Source: Candidatus Caldarchaeum sp.
Lineage (GTDB): Archaea > Thermoproteota > Nitrososphaeria_A > Caldarchaeales > Caldarchaeaceae
Length of the DNA stretch: 64,000 bases
Reading direction: 5' to 3'
Assembly (NCBI GenBank): GCA_038831915.1
Contig: JAWBKB010000008.1
Span: forward strand, 1 to 64,000
Below, one piece after another: positions 1-9,968 of the stretch; position 1 is the stretch's first letter; every line of letters begins with the position of its first letter. The position numbers and the translations under genes were made by a program. The notes below the pieces were generated by a model. The model did not search any database, was not told the origin of the DNA, and saw nothing but the letters and a program-made list of their open reading frames with translations.

Positions 1-95
1 GCCATAACCATTCCGAGAAAAACTTAAGTTGACAGTACCAAAGCTGACACTGCAAAGAATTATACGGAACTACAATGCTCTCATTAAAATATACG

Positions 96-103
96 AAAAA
101 AAA
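96..103 (-). terminator. Oligo-T tract, probable archaeal terminator of the S-layer gene
   Basis: T8 run on the minus strand about 18 nt after the stop at 121. Confidence 0.45.
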
Positions 104-120
104 GTTTTGAGTTTTCGTGT

Positions 121-3100
121 TTATGGGTCTGGGTGGATTGGTTTCTCGCTGAAGGTGTTGAGTTTTTCTATGACTGTTATTCTTGGATGTCGGTCGCCTG
201 ACGGCATTGGTGTCCATTCGATTTTGACGACGACTGTGACGATGCCGATGTTGATGTCTTGGAGGAATTCGATTAGCCGGTTGTACGTTCTAGGTTCTGC
301 GCATCCGTATGGGTTGTTTGGTGACTTGAAATTGTCAGCGATGAATGGACAGCTGTCTATTATTTCGGCGAACCCGTATTGGAACATGGCTGTGCTGAGG
401 GCCCATGTGTCTTCGCCTGTTCCTCCCCATATCGCCAGCCCGACTGTTCCGTTGAGGTCTTTGTAAACTGTTATGACTCCGTGGCCGCGTACGTCAGGTC
501 TTCTGCCTGGCAGAAGTTCTGGATGGTTCCAGTGAGGCACCAGCAGAAGAGAGATGTCTCCCGGTATGAATATCGCTGAGCTGAATTCGTTGAGGTATTC
601 GCTGAAGAGGTTTGCCTGTGGACCGCCTACGGCTATTATGTTGGAGCTTGCCACGGGCACCGTGGTGCTCCAGTCATCTCTCAAAGCTGTCCTAAAGTCT
701 CCGGCGGGACGGTTGAAGAGGTAGTTAAGCCTATCAGGTGTCTGGTCTGTTCTAAACTTCCTAAAGACATAGGCAACGTCGTCGTCAGGTAACGGCAAAG
801 CCCTCATATCCATTCCAGCCTTATCCACCTCAATGTTCTTCAACGAGTCGAAAGCCTCAGAAACCATAGCAGCACCAGCAGAGTCAACAGTAGCCGCATC
901 CCTACCCACAACAATCCACTCATACCTACCACGAATCGAATCGTAAATTATCTTAATCGGTGTCCCCGGTTCTACCGTATCATCAATCTGTTCCAAACTC
1001 CAGCACAGCTGTGGCCCCTGACCGTCAGTAACGCAATCGCCTAATTGGAAAGCATCTGTAACAAGTCCTCCCGTTTGTAGGTTAATGACTGCTATGAGAT
1101 TATTCGGTCTTACGGGGGCGTACTGCAACGGTATGCTTTGTCCTTGTCCAGGCGCTGTTGCTAGCTGTGCTTTGTTGTAGTCAGCTGTGGTCGAGTATAG
1201 TATCTTGACTCTTGTTCCTGGAGGCACGGTTATGAACCTTATGTAGGCGTCGTTCGGACGACCGGCCAAAGTCGTGTCTATCACGTAGTCTACACCTCTT
1301 ACGAGAAGCCTGCCAGTGTCGAGGTTTATGACACGTTCGGAGAAGGCGCTGTAAGTGTCCCAGTCAGTCGAAAGCTTCTTAGATACACAAGTAGCATCAG
1401 TACTACATTCCCGCACGTCGTGCTGTAAACCTTCGCTGAATGTTGCGTTGCCGACTACTGGGTTGTCTACTACTTCCCATGGCTTTGCATCTAGCAGTGA
1501 CAGATGCGCCGTGAGGTCGATTATTCCACTGGTTGGAACGGTTGCGAACTGTACCCATCTGTATGTTTGTTTGTGTACGGCGTCTAATAGGTCGAAGGGT
1601 TTGAATTTCTGCTTGAGTAGGTATGCTACCTCCCTCTCGATACGGTTCTCTCGAGCTCCGTTTGGTGTCGCCGGGAAGTTAGGGTCGTTGTCTTCGCCCA
1701 AACCCACTGGTATACGGTTTGGAGGCCAAAACCAGTCGGTTTCGGGTCTTCCGGTGTATTGGTTTGTTCCCCAGTCTGTTACGCCGTAGACAGTGATGCT
1801 TCTCCACTGGTTGTCTGGTGCGGCTGCGTCGTCGAGTTCAAAGTCCCATTCGCCGATGTAGAAGGGGATTTCAGGCTCGCCCGGTGGTGTTGGTATGTCT
1901 ATGTAGTGGCGGTCTCCTGCGTCCATCGACCTGAATACTAGGCCGGACTGGACACCGGGTATGTTCCATCCGTATGCTGTCCAGTCGCTTAGCATGGGCC
2001 AGAAAGCTGCGAAGAACACTTTTCTGACGTCTGGATGCGGGTTTATCACCTGAAGGACGTCGAACACCGCGGGTACATCACTTGGTCCCGGAGGTAGATG
2101 GTATTCGTAGTGTGGGCCGCATGTTTTACCATCTCGGCGGATTTGTGGGTCGTTGATTATGGTGTATTCGTCGGGGTCTTTCTTCGTCAACAAACCTTCC
2201 GTCATGGTGTCGTCTTCTCCACATGTTCCTTCTGTGTAGAAGTGTACGAAGCTTTTGTATCCTGGTGATGGTTCTCGGCCTAGGTCTACCTGTCCTCTGT
2301 TGCTGAACTGTACGTTCATCTTGCCTACGAGTATTTTGTCGCCGATAAGGCTTTTGATGTCTTTGAAGATGGTGACTTCTTTCTTTACTTTGTTGAAGTC
2401 GATGATGAAGATTATTCTGACCAACGGTATGTCGGCTGAAGTGTCTGGCCCGGAGACGGGATGGTCGTATATCGTAGTGTTCAGCAGAGCTACAAACCTT
2501 CTGGGACCGTCGTAGAGTACCTGTATTGGCTGTGTGATGGCTGTTCCGTTCGTCTTTCTACCTCCAAACCTCAGTCCCGCGGCGTAGTTGAACTGGTCGT
2601 ATCCTCTGTCAGCTGGGTCTTCGCAGTTGTCCTTGATTCCCGGCATGTCTCCTGCGGCTGGAGGCGTTACATCACCACAGTCTGCAAACCCTGCATATCC
2701 GAAATCTACTCTAAGCCATGGTCCTCCGAATGTGTTGGTGTCGGAGTGCAGAGCCATGGCCCATACGTTGCGTCTACCCAGCGTTACGTGGTTGTACGTG
2801 ATGTTTATCAGCCAACCCTGCAGCCATAACTGTTTCGGTATCAAGCTGCTGGGTGCCGACCCTGAAGGCGCTGCAAACGGGTCTACGCTATCGTACTGCA
2901 GACCTATGTTTGTGATGGTGTTTATCATTTCTCCAAACTGTGAAAACCCTATTGTTAGGTTGAGCCCCGGTTCGCTAGGGCCGACGCTGGGTCGGTAGGG
3001 GTAAAGGCTGTAGCGGTCGCTGTCTAAAACTCCTCTCACCGTCAAGTACCAAGCCGGCGGGTCGGTTGACGCATGAACTGTCGGAAGATATCCAACGAAC

Positions 3101-3174
3101 AGCATGGAAACCAACAACAGCGACGCAAGAACCAGCGAAGCCGAAATCCGTGTTGGACGAACATTCTTTTCCAT
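121..3174 (-). CDS. S-layer-like secreted surface protein (~1017 aa)
   Basis: Sec signal (MEKNVRP...LPTVHA). The C-terminal VVGRDAATVDSAGA...IIAVGGPQAN...GGTGEDT region resembles archaeal S-layer domains. Many NxS/T sequons. Start moved from 3249 to ATG 3174, downstream of a TATA box. Confidence 0.75.
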   Translation of the reverse strand: MEKNVRPTRISASLVLASLLLVSMLFVGYLPTVHASTDPPAWYLTVRGVLDSDRYSLYPYRPSVGPSEPGLNLTIGFSQFGEMINTITNIGLQYDSVDPFAAPSGSAPSSLIPKQLWLQGWLINITYNHVTLGRRNVWAMALHSDTNTFGGPWLRVDFGYAGFADCGDVTPPAAGDMPGIKDNCEDPADRGYDQFNYAAGLRFGGRKTNGTAITQPIQVLYDGPRRFVALLNTTIYDHPVSGPDTSADIPLVRIIFIIDFNKVKKEVTIFKDIKSLIGDKILVGKMNVQFSNRGQVDLGREPSPGYKSFVHFYTEGTCGEDDTMTEGLLTKKDPDEYTIINDPQIRRDGKTCGPHYEYHLPPGPSDVPAVFDVLQVINPHPDVRKVFFAAFWPMLSDWTAYGWNIPGVQSGLVFRSMDAGDRHYIDIPTPPGEPEIPFYIGEWDFELDDAAAPDNQWRSITVYGVTDWGTNQYTGRPETDWFWPPNRIPVGLGEDNDPNFPATPNGARENRIEREVAYLLKQKFKPFDLLDAVHKQTYRWVQFATVPTSGIIDLTAHLSLLDAKPWEVVDNPVVGNATFSEGLQHDVRECSTDATCVSKKLSTDWDTYSAFSERVINLDTGRLLVRGVDYVIDTTLAGRPNDAYIRFITVPPGTRVKILYSTTADYNKAQLATAPGQGQSIPLQYAPVRPNNLIAVINLQTGGLVTDAFQLGDCVTDGQGPQLCWSLEQIDDTVEPGTPIKIIYDSIRGRYEWIVVGRDAATVDSAGAAMVSEAFDSLKNIEVDKAGMDMRALPLPDDDVAYVFRKFRTDQTPDRLNYLFNRPAGDFRTALRDDWSTTVPVASSNIIAVGGPQANLFSEYLNEFSSAIFIPGDISLLLVPHWNHPELLPGRRPDVRGHGVITVYKDLNGTVGLAIWGGTGEDTWALSTAMFQYGFAEIIDSCPFIADNFKSPNNPYGCAEPRTYNRLIEFLQDINIGIVTVVVKIEWTPMPSGDRHPRITVIEKLNTFSEKPIHPDP

Positions 3175-3203
3175 TTTTCTTCGCAACCGTAGACAGAGGA
3201 TAA

Positions 3204-3218
3204 TATTTAAACCCTTTG
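3204..3218 (-). promoter_or_regulatory. BRE/TATA promoter of the S-layer gene
   Basis: CAAAGGG-TTTAAATA on the minus strand about 30 nt upstream of ATG 3174. Confidence 0.6.
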
Positions 3219-3661
3219 TAGACCGGAAATGTTCTAAAGTGACAGTCATACGTTAGAATGATTCTAAAATATAGACGTACAAACTCCAACGTTTCAAAGA
3301 GTTGATTTTTGCGAGACGTAGTTCTGGACCAAAAATGCTCAAAACATCGCCTAAACAGGTGTTACGTGTTCAAATACTTCTCGCATTAAAATTCTTTTAA
3401 AGATGCTTTAGAGAACATTTTTCACATCGGCCATGTAGAGGCGTAGAAACGGAAGACACGCGAACTCGCTGTAAATGCATCCCGTTTTCAAGTGAAAACG
3501 GCTTCTGCGGAAATCACCGTCAAATTTGGTATGATCCATCGCATGGATGCTAGGGTCATTAGGCTGTAACACGAATATTGACCTGTAGTTCTACGCGGTG
3601 CATCACCAACGTGATAATCGAACTGGTTCGAGAGTGGAAACTTTATAGATTTTGCTTGTTT

Positions 3662-4159
3662 CTCGCAGCACTCGGTGAAGAGGAGATGGCCTATGTTTGA
3701 GAATAACAATGATCTCGAAACTCTAGGAGTAGATGGAGGAGAATGTCTACAAAACTAAATATAAGGAGAATCGTTTGAAGATGAATGTTAAGGATACAAG
3801 TTGGACGACTTTACGCTTTGATTGCAAACTTTGCGGACCCGGTCAAAGGATATCTGGTGACACCTAGTACTGACAGGGAGACAAAATATTTTCTTACAGC
3901 ATGCGGTCAAGGAATAGCAGATGTGATGAAAAGTATTGGAACTCGGTTGAAAGCGGTTGTAAAGGGGTTCAAAGCAGTAGAGACGTATGCTTCAGCAGGT
4001 TCTCCTCTGCTTTGTGAAGAACATCTCGGAGCTAGAAGAGTAGCAGTGGTCCGGCGCAGCAATACCACTGTAAACTCGAAGAAAATCGGAGGTTTCACTG
4101 TATTCCAGAGCTATAAACATGGGCTGGTTATGAGGACTTGTGCAATGAACAGTGTGTGA
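3662..4159 (+). pseudogene. Possible heavily decayed nucleotide-sugar dehydrogenase (WecC/WbpA-like) remnant
   Basis: Fragments in shifting frames, colinear with the family N-terminus: LAALG..YV, LETLGVD, GESFED, GRLYA, VTPS, SIGTRLK, KIGGFT. Lies directly upstream of wecB. Confidence 0.3.
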
Positions 4160-4183
4160 CGAACAATCAACACGGGAGACGAT

Positions 4184-5260
4184 TTGAAGGTAGCGTTAGT
4201 TTTGGGCACGAGGCCAGAGATAATCAAGATGTTTCCCGTTATCACGGAGCTGGAGAAACACAACATCTCGTTTTTCATTATTCACACCGGACAGCACTAT
4301 TCATATGAGATGGATAGAGTGTTCTTCGACCAGCTGAAGCTTCCCAAACCCGCCTATAATTTACATGTGGGTTCGGGTAGTCACGCGGAGGAGACCGGGA
4401 AGATGCTGATGTGCATTGAAAAAGTACTGAAGAAGGAGGCTTCGGACAAGCTGTTGGTTCAAGGCGACACCAACACTGTTCTCGCTGGAGCATTAGCAGC
4501 TGCAAAGCTGGGCATAAAGGTTGGACATGTGGAGGCTGGACTGAGAAGTTTTGACAAAGGGATGCCTGAAGAAATAAACAGAGTTTTAACAGACCACCTT
4601 TCTGATTACTTGTTCGCCCCAACAGAAATATCGAGGAAAAATCTTTTAGCGGAAGGCATATCCGATTCCAAAATATTCGTAACTGGGAACACGATAGTTG
4701 ATGCGGTCTATACAATTCTTCCTCAAGCAATTGGAGAGAGCAATGTTTTTCAGCGATTCGAGGACGACGATTATATTGTTCTCACGCTTCACAGGGCAGA
4801 GAACGTCGATCAACCGGAGAGGCTGAGGAGGATCATTGAGGGAGTGACACGCGTAGCAGAGCACACTGGATTTAGAGTTGAATTTCCAATACATCCGAGA
4901 ACTCATAAACGGATAAGGGAGCTGGACATTCAGCTACATAAGAACATAGAGGTTATGAAGCCGCTCGGCTATTTTGATTTTTTGCTTTTGGTGAAAAACG
5001 CGGTGTTGGTGATAACTGATTCTGGCGGAGTTCAGGAAGAAGCATGTATACTTAAAGTGCCATGTGTCACTGTGAGGAGAAACACTGAAAGACCGGAAAC
5101 TTTACAGGTAGGTGCAAACATGCTTGCTGGAGATGACCCGGATAAAATACTCACATGTAGTAAAATTATGATTAATAAGGCCAAGAGTTGGGGCAATCCA
5201 TTCGGTGACGGTAGGGCTGCCGAAAGAATAATTAAAATAATTAGTGAAGAGTGGACCTAG
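4184..5260 (+). CDS. wecB: UDP-N-acetylglucosamine 2-epimerase (non-hydrolysing)
   Basis: GTRPEIIK, HTGQH, QGDT, HVEAGLRS, PEEINR, TDSGGVQEEA, TERPE, PFGDG motifs. Confidence 0.95.
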   Translation: MKVALVLGTRPEIIKMFPVITELEKHNISFFIIHTGQHYSYEMDRVFFDQLKLPKPAYNLHVGSGSHAEETGKMLMCIEKVLKKEASDKLLVQGDTNTVLAGALAAAKLGIKVGHVEAGLRSFDKGMPEEINRVLTDHLSDYLFAPTEISRKNLLAEGISDSKIFVTGNTIVDAVYTILPQAIGESNVFQRFEDDDYIVLTLHRAENVDQPERLRRIIEGVTRVAEHTGFRVEFPIHPRTHKRIRELDIQLHKNIEVMKPLGYFDFLLLVKNAVLVITDSGGVQEEACILKVPCVTVRRNTERPETLQVGANMLAGDDPDKILTCSKIMINKAKSWGNPFGDGRAAERIIKIISEEWT

Positions 5261-5333
5261 CGTTGACGGCGGTAACTCATTCGTAACCCATAAACGTTAA
5301 AACATAAATTAGCAATCCTGAGCTTAACAAATT

Positions 5334-6248
5334 ATGAGCGAAATATTGGTGACCGGTGGACTGGGCTTCATAGGTTCGCACCTTGTTAAAGAACTCAGAA
5401 TAAGAGGATACGAAGTATGGTGTTGTGACCTTGTTCATTCTGCAGAGCCAAAATCCATCCGCTGTGATATTAGAGAATATAGGCAGGTTAAGCGTCTTTT
5501 CGACAACCACAAGTTCGACCTTGTTTACCATCTTGCAGCAGAATACGGTAGGTGGAACGGGGAAGATTATTATGAAAACCTATGGTTAACGAACGTAATA
5601 GGTACAAAGCATCTCATAAGGCTTCAGGAGGAGAAAAAATTTAAAATGGTCTTTTTCAGCTCTGCAGAAGTTTATGGAGACTATCATGGAATAATGAAGG
5701 AAGAGGTACCAGAAACTATTCACGTGCATCTTCTGAACGATTACGCGATGTCTAAATGGGTAGCTGAAATGATGATCAGAAACTCGGCCAAACAATTTAA
5801 CACTGAAACAGTGATAGTCAGGCCCTTCAATGTATACGGTCCGGGTGAACATTATCATCCCTACAGAGGGTTTGTAATAAAGTTCATCTACAAAGCCTTA
5901 AAGAATGAACCATACACGGTTTACCTCGGACATAAACGAACACTTGAGTACGTGGATGACGTTGTAAAGGCGGTTGCGAACATTGCAGAAAACTTCAAGA
6001 CCGGTAGTATTTACAACTTAGGTGGCGAAGAGCTTTATGAAATCAAGGAGATTTCAGACATGGTTTTGAGATATTTGGGGAAGGACGATTCGATCGTGAC
6101 CTACAGAGATGAAGAAGCTTTCACGACTAAAGTCAAGAAACCTGATTCTTCGAAGGCGAAGTCCGAACTGGGGTTCAGAACCTCGGTCCGGCCAGAGGAA
6201 GGCATCCCGCGAACAATAGATTGGTTTAAAAGGACGATGGCAATATAG
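5334..6248 (+). CDS. NAD-dependent nucleotide-sugar epimerase/dehydratase
   Basis: TGGLGFIG, YAMSK (YxxxK), FNVYGPG. Confidence 0.9.
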   Translation: MSEILVTGGLGFIGSHLVKELRIRGYEVWCCDLVHSAEPKSIRCDIREYRQVKRLFDNHKFDLVYHLAAEYGRWNGEDYYENLWLTNVIGTKHLIRLQEEKKFKMVFFSSAEVYGDYHGIMKEEVPETIHVHLLNDYAMSKWVAEMMIRNSAKQFNTETVIVRPFNVYGPGEHYHPYRGFVIKFIYKALKNEPYTVYLGHKRTLEYVDDVVKAVANIAENFKTGSIYNLGGEELYEIKEISDMVLRYLGKDDSIVTYRDEEAFTTKVKKPDSSKAKSELGFRTSVRPEEGIPRTIDWFKRTMAI

Positions 6249-6253
6249 GGGTC

Positions 6254-7258
6254 ATGAAATTAGAGCAGATCCTTTCAGAATATTCGGGGAAAAAGATTCT
6301 GGTCACGGGAGGAGCTGGATGTGTCGGCAGAAACTTGACTATGACCCTTCTGCAAACGGATGTGGAGCACATCGTGATTATTGACGATTTCTCTTCTTCG
6401 CCGGCATGGAACGTTCCCAACGACAAAAGAGTTTTTTTAATCAAGGGCAGTATCCTGGACGCGGAAACGATGTGGCACGCGTTCAGCTTCCGTCCGAACA
6501 TTGTGTTCCATCTGGCGGCTCATTTTGCCAATCAAAACAGCGTTGAGCATCCCGAAACAGACCTGATGGTGAACGGCCTCGGGACGCTTAAGGCCCTGCA
6601 GTATTCTAAGCTGGTGTCAGTTCAAAGATTCGTCTATGCCTCCTCTGGATGCTCTGTATATGGTAGCCAGGCACCTCTGCCTCTGGAGGAAAGTTTCGTA
6701 TCACTCCATCTTGATACTCCATATCAAATACACAAACTTCTCGGCGAGCTCTATTGTAACTTTTTCCATGACTATTATGGATTACCGGTGACTACGGCAA
6801 GGCTCTTTAATGTCTATGGTCCTGGAGAGGTCCCCGGTAGATATAGAAACGTTATACCGAACTTTATTTGGTGGGCTATGAATGGAAAACCACTACCTAT
6901 AACGGGAACGGGCGAGGAAACAAGAGACTTTACCTATGTCGGTGACGTCGTGAAAGGGCTTTTAGTCATGGGTATTTCTGAAGAAGCAGTAGGAGAAGCC
7001 ATCAATCTTGCTTCGGGAACCGAGACAAAGATCATAGACCTAGCCAGAATGGTAAACGCGATGACATCGAACGGTGCAGACGTCGTGTTCCTATCTAGAA
7101 GACCGTGGGATAGGATCATTAGAAGAAGAGCCTCTATTGAAAAAGCGAGGAAACTACTGGGCTACGAGCCTGAGACCGACATTAAAACAGGTCTCAGTAA
7201 GGTCTATGACTGGCTTAAAGAAAACTACGAAAACATTAAAAATTTTGCCAGGTTCTAA
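6254..7258 (+). CDS. NAD-dependent nucleotide-sugar epimerase/dehydratase
   Basis: TGGAGCVG, YQIHK, FNVYGPG, TRDFTYV. Confidence 0.9.
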   Translation: MKLEQILSEYSGKKILVTGGAGCVGRNLTMTLLQTDVEHIVIIDDFSSSPAWNVPNDKRVFLIKGSILDAETMWHAFSFRPNIVFHLAAHFANQNSVEHPETDLMVNGLGTLKALQYSKLVSVQRFVYASSGCSVYGSQAPLPLEESFVSLHLDTPYQIHKLLGELYCNFFHDYYGLPVTTARLFNVYGPGEVPGRYRNVIPNFIWWAMNGKPLPITGTGEETRDFTYVGDVVKGLLVMGISEEAVGEAINLASGTETKIIDLARMVNAMTSNGADVVFLSRRPWDRIIRRRASIEKARKLLGYEPETDIKTGLSKVYDWLKENYENIKNFARF

Positions 7259-7259
7259 G

Positions 7260-8468
7260 TTGAAAATAGTAATATTGTCGCAGCTTTTTCCACCTGATTT
7301 GGGCGGGAGCTCGACCAGAGCCTATAACCTTGCTAAGGCACTTCAGCTAAACAATGTTGATGTTTTGGTAGTTGCAGCCTTTCCTCATTACCCAAGCGGC
7401 CATGTCCCCAGACATCTCAAGAGGCGGGCTTTGGCTTATGACAACGTTGATGGAATTAATGTTATAAGGACATGGGTTGCACCTCTTGAATCGAAAGGAG
7501 TTGTGAACAGGCTTGTTCTTTTCCTTTCTTTCATTCTTTCCGCAACATTTGCATTGCCGTTTGTCAGAAAAGCCGACGTGATATTTGCCTCTAACCCTCA
7601 ACTCCTCTGCATTTTTCCTGCCCTTCTCTATAAAGTCGTGCTCAGGTCACCCATAATACTTAACGTTGATGACCTATGGCCTGAGGACCCGGTAGACTTG
7701 GGTTTGATCAAATCGAAACTGTTTAAAAAACTGGCCGAGGCCGTAGCACGCTTCGCGTACAGAATGGCAGATGTAGTTACCCCGATAAGTCCCGGCTACG
7801 TGGACGTCATCCGTGGAAAATACGGAGTACCAGTTGATAGGATAGTCGTTATCCCGGCAGGGGTCGACGTCTCACGTTTCCACCTCAAAAATGCTTTCAA
7901 AAGGGATAGGAACTTCAGAGTACTCTATACTGGTGCTTTTTCCCCCGCTTACGACTTCAACCAAGTTCTTAGAGCTGCAAGACTCCTCGAACATCATAAG
8001 GACATACTATTCGTCTTGCAGGGGAAAGGAGAGCTCGTCGAATCGATAAAAACAAAGGTTTCTGCCATGCGGCTTACTAATGTTATTGTAATAGACGAGG
8101 TGTTGAGCAGGGATGACGTGGCCAAACTCATGTCCGAAGCTGACGTTCTTCTCCTACCTCTACGGGACTTTGGCAGACCATATCTCGGATTGTCGACAAA
8201 AATATACGAATATCAGGCAGCGGGAAAGACCATAGTGTGCTGTGCTTATGGAACACCAGCTGAATACATAGCCAAGACTAAATCTGGGTTGGTGGTGAAA
8301 CCAGGAGACTACAAGTCAATTGCCGACGCGATCTTGAAACTAAAAAATGACAAGCGCGTGTCTGAGCAGTTCGGCCTTCACGCCTACAAAGCGGCCACTG
8401 AAGTTTCTTTGGAGAAAATAGGCAAGAAGATCAAGGACATCGTGATGAACTTGAAACGGCACGACTAA
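7260..8468 (+). CDS. GT4 glycosyltransferase (WbuB-like)
   Basis: SQLFPPDLGG, FPHYPSG, DLWPE, KIYEYQAAGK. Start moved to TTG 7260, just after the upstream stop. Confidence 0.88.
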   Translation: MKIVILSQLFPPDLGGSSTRAYNLAKALQLNNVDVLVVAAFPHYPSGHVPRHLKRRALAYDNVDGINVIRTWVAPLESKGVVNRLVLFLSFILSATFALPFVRKADVIFASNPQLLCIFPALLYKVVLRSPIILNVDDLWPEDPVDLGLIKSKLFKKLAEAVARFAYRMADVVTPISPGYVDVIRGKYGVPVDRIVVIPAGVDVSRFHLKNAFKRDRNFRVLYTGAFSPAYDFNQVLRAARLLEHHKDILFVLQGKGELVESIKTKVSAMRLTNVIVIDEVLSRDDVAKLMSEADVLLLPLRDFGRPYLGLSTKIYEYQAAGKTIVCCAYGTPAEYIAKTKSGLVVKPGDYKSIADAILKLKNDKRVSEQFGLHAYKAATEVSLEKIGKKIKDIVMNLKRHD

Positions 8469-8711
8469 ATAAACTACATGACGGTGTGACTCAACCTGCA
8501 AGACAGGAAGTAAAAAATTTTAACATGTCAGTGGTTGTATAGTAACAGGTCCAACCATAGTGCAGATAGAGTTTTTCCATTTGGTATAGCATTGTGAAGG
8601 AGAGCTTAACCCTCGACCTAGAGATACACAGTAAAACGCGGAAAACATAGCTAGAGTTTTCTTGGATGATTGCGACGCAAAAGTTTAATCATTGTTGAAT
8701 GTGGGACATCC

Positions 8712-9968
8712 ATGGTTTTAATGAGTTTGTTTAAAACGATTATTGAGGGGTTCGTGATATTCTTTTTAACAGCACTGTTTTTGTGGACTATATATCATAC
8801 ACCGATAGTCTTGTTGGGGATAAAGCATGGGCTCACGAGACGCGTGCCATCCAGTGATTCGCATACATATATCCCCTCAGTCAGTGTAATAATTCCTGTC
8901 AAAAATGGGGAGAAAGTTCTACGCAGGCTTTTGAATTCCTTGCTTGACGTTGACTATCCGAAGGATAGAATGGAGGTGCTGTTGGTTGAAGATGGGTCGT
9001 CAGATGCGTCGTATGAAATATGTTTGGAATACTCTTTGAATCACCCCACACTTATTTCCTGTCTGCACAGAGATTCATCAAGTGGGAAGCCAGCCGCACT
9101 GCATGATGCGATGAAATATGTTTCGGGCGAGATTATCGCTGTATTCGATGTAGACAGCGTAGTGAATAAGGACACGTTTAAAAATATGTTAAGACATTTT
9201 AGCGATCCTGCTGTGGCGGCTGTTCAAGGAAGAACAATTTCGATAAACGCAGAGCAGAATATGTTGACTAAGGTGGTCTCGCTAGAGGAAGATGCATGGT
9301 TTTCTGTTGGCATCCAGGGTCGGGACGCAGCAGGTCTTTTTGTCCCACTTACTGGTAGTTGCATGTTCATAAGAAAAAGATGCCTCGAAGAAGTGGGAGG
9401 ATGGAATACGGAGAGCTTAGCCGAAGATTTAGATTTGGCTGCACGACTGATAGAAAAAGGATATAAGATAAAATATGAGAAACACGCCGTGTCATACCAA
9501 GAGGCACCGCCAACTTTACATGAATTGATTAAACAGAGACGTAGATGGTTGAGAGGGTACATAGAAAGCTCTCTGAGATATGGTCGACTTCTTCACAAAC
9601 CTACAAAACTCACGATAGATGCGGAAATAGTTTTCTTATCTCCGTACTTTCTCGCCTTTAGCCTTCTCGCATTCATATCGATGCCTGTGGCTTATTCACT
9701 AGGCCCTATGTCTTTTGCCACACAGACTCTAGCCAGCTGGTCGATTTGGTTCTTACTTCTCTCAATGGGCCTGGTGGGTTTCGCGTTGCTAACCTTCGTC
9801 AAACCTGGTGGAATCCGATCACTGATGCTGCTACCATTGATTTATGGCTTCTGGATGTTGCTCTCTTTTTTAGCTATATGGTCCTTGTTAAATGTGCTGT
9901 TCAAATCCAAGCGTGAATGGGTTACCACTAGGAAGACAGGATGGTCGCGTTATGACTCAGAAACATAA
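8712..9968 (+). CDS. Processive GT2 (cellulose-synthase-like) membrane glycosyltransferase
   Basis: D,D,D,QxxRW signature (VEDGS, GKPAAL, FDVD, AEDLD, QRRRW). One N-terminal and several C-terminal TM helices. Confidence 0.88.
   Translation: MVLMSLFKTIIEGFVIFFLTALFLWTIYHTPIVLLGIKHGLTRRVPSSDSHTYIPSVSVIIPVKNGEKVLRRLLNSLLDVDYPKDRMEVLLVEDGSSDASYEICLEYSLNHPTLISCLHRDSSSGKPAALHDAMKYVSGEIIAVFDVDSVVNKDTFKNMLRHFSDPAVAAVQGRTISINAEQNMLTKVVSLEEDAWFSVGIQGRDAAGLFVPLTGSCMFIRKRCLEEVGGWNTESLAEDLDLAARLIEKGYKIKYEKHAVSYQEAPPTLHELIKQRRRWLRGYIESSLRYGRLLHKPTKLTIDAEIVFLSPYFLAFSLLAFISMPVAYSLGPMSFATQTLASWSIWFLLLSMGLVGFALLTFVKPGGIRSLMLLPLIYGFWMLLSFLAIWSLLNVLFKSKREWVTTRKTGWSRYDSET

Noticed and set aside
29-3289. Short ORFs antisense to or overlapping the S-layer gene, and similar shadow ORFs across the window (e.g. 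49777..50403, 62987..63610)
   Set aside because: They are shadows of long genes with clear motifs and have no features of their own
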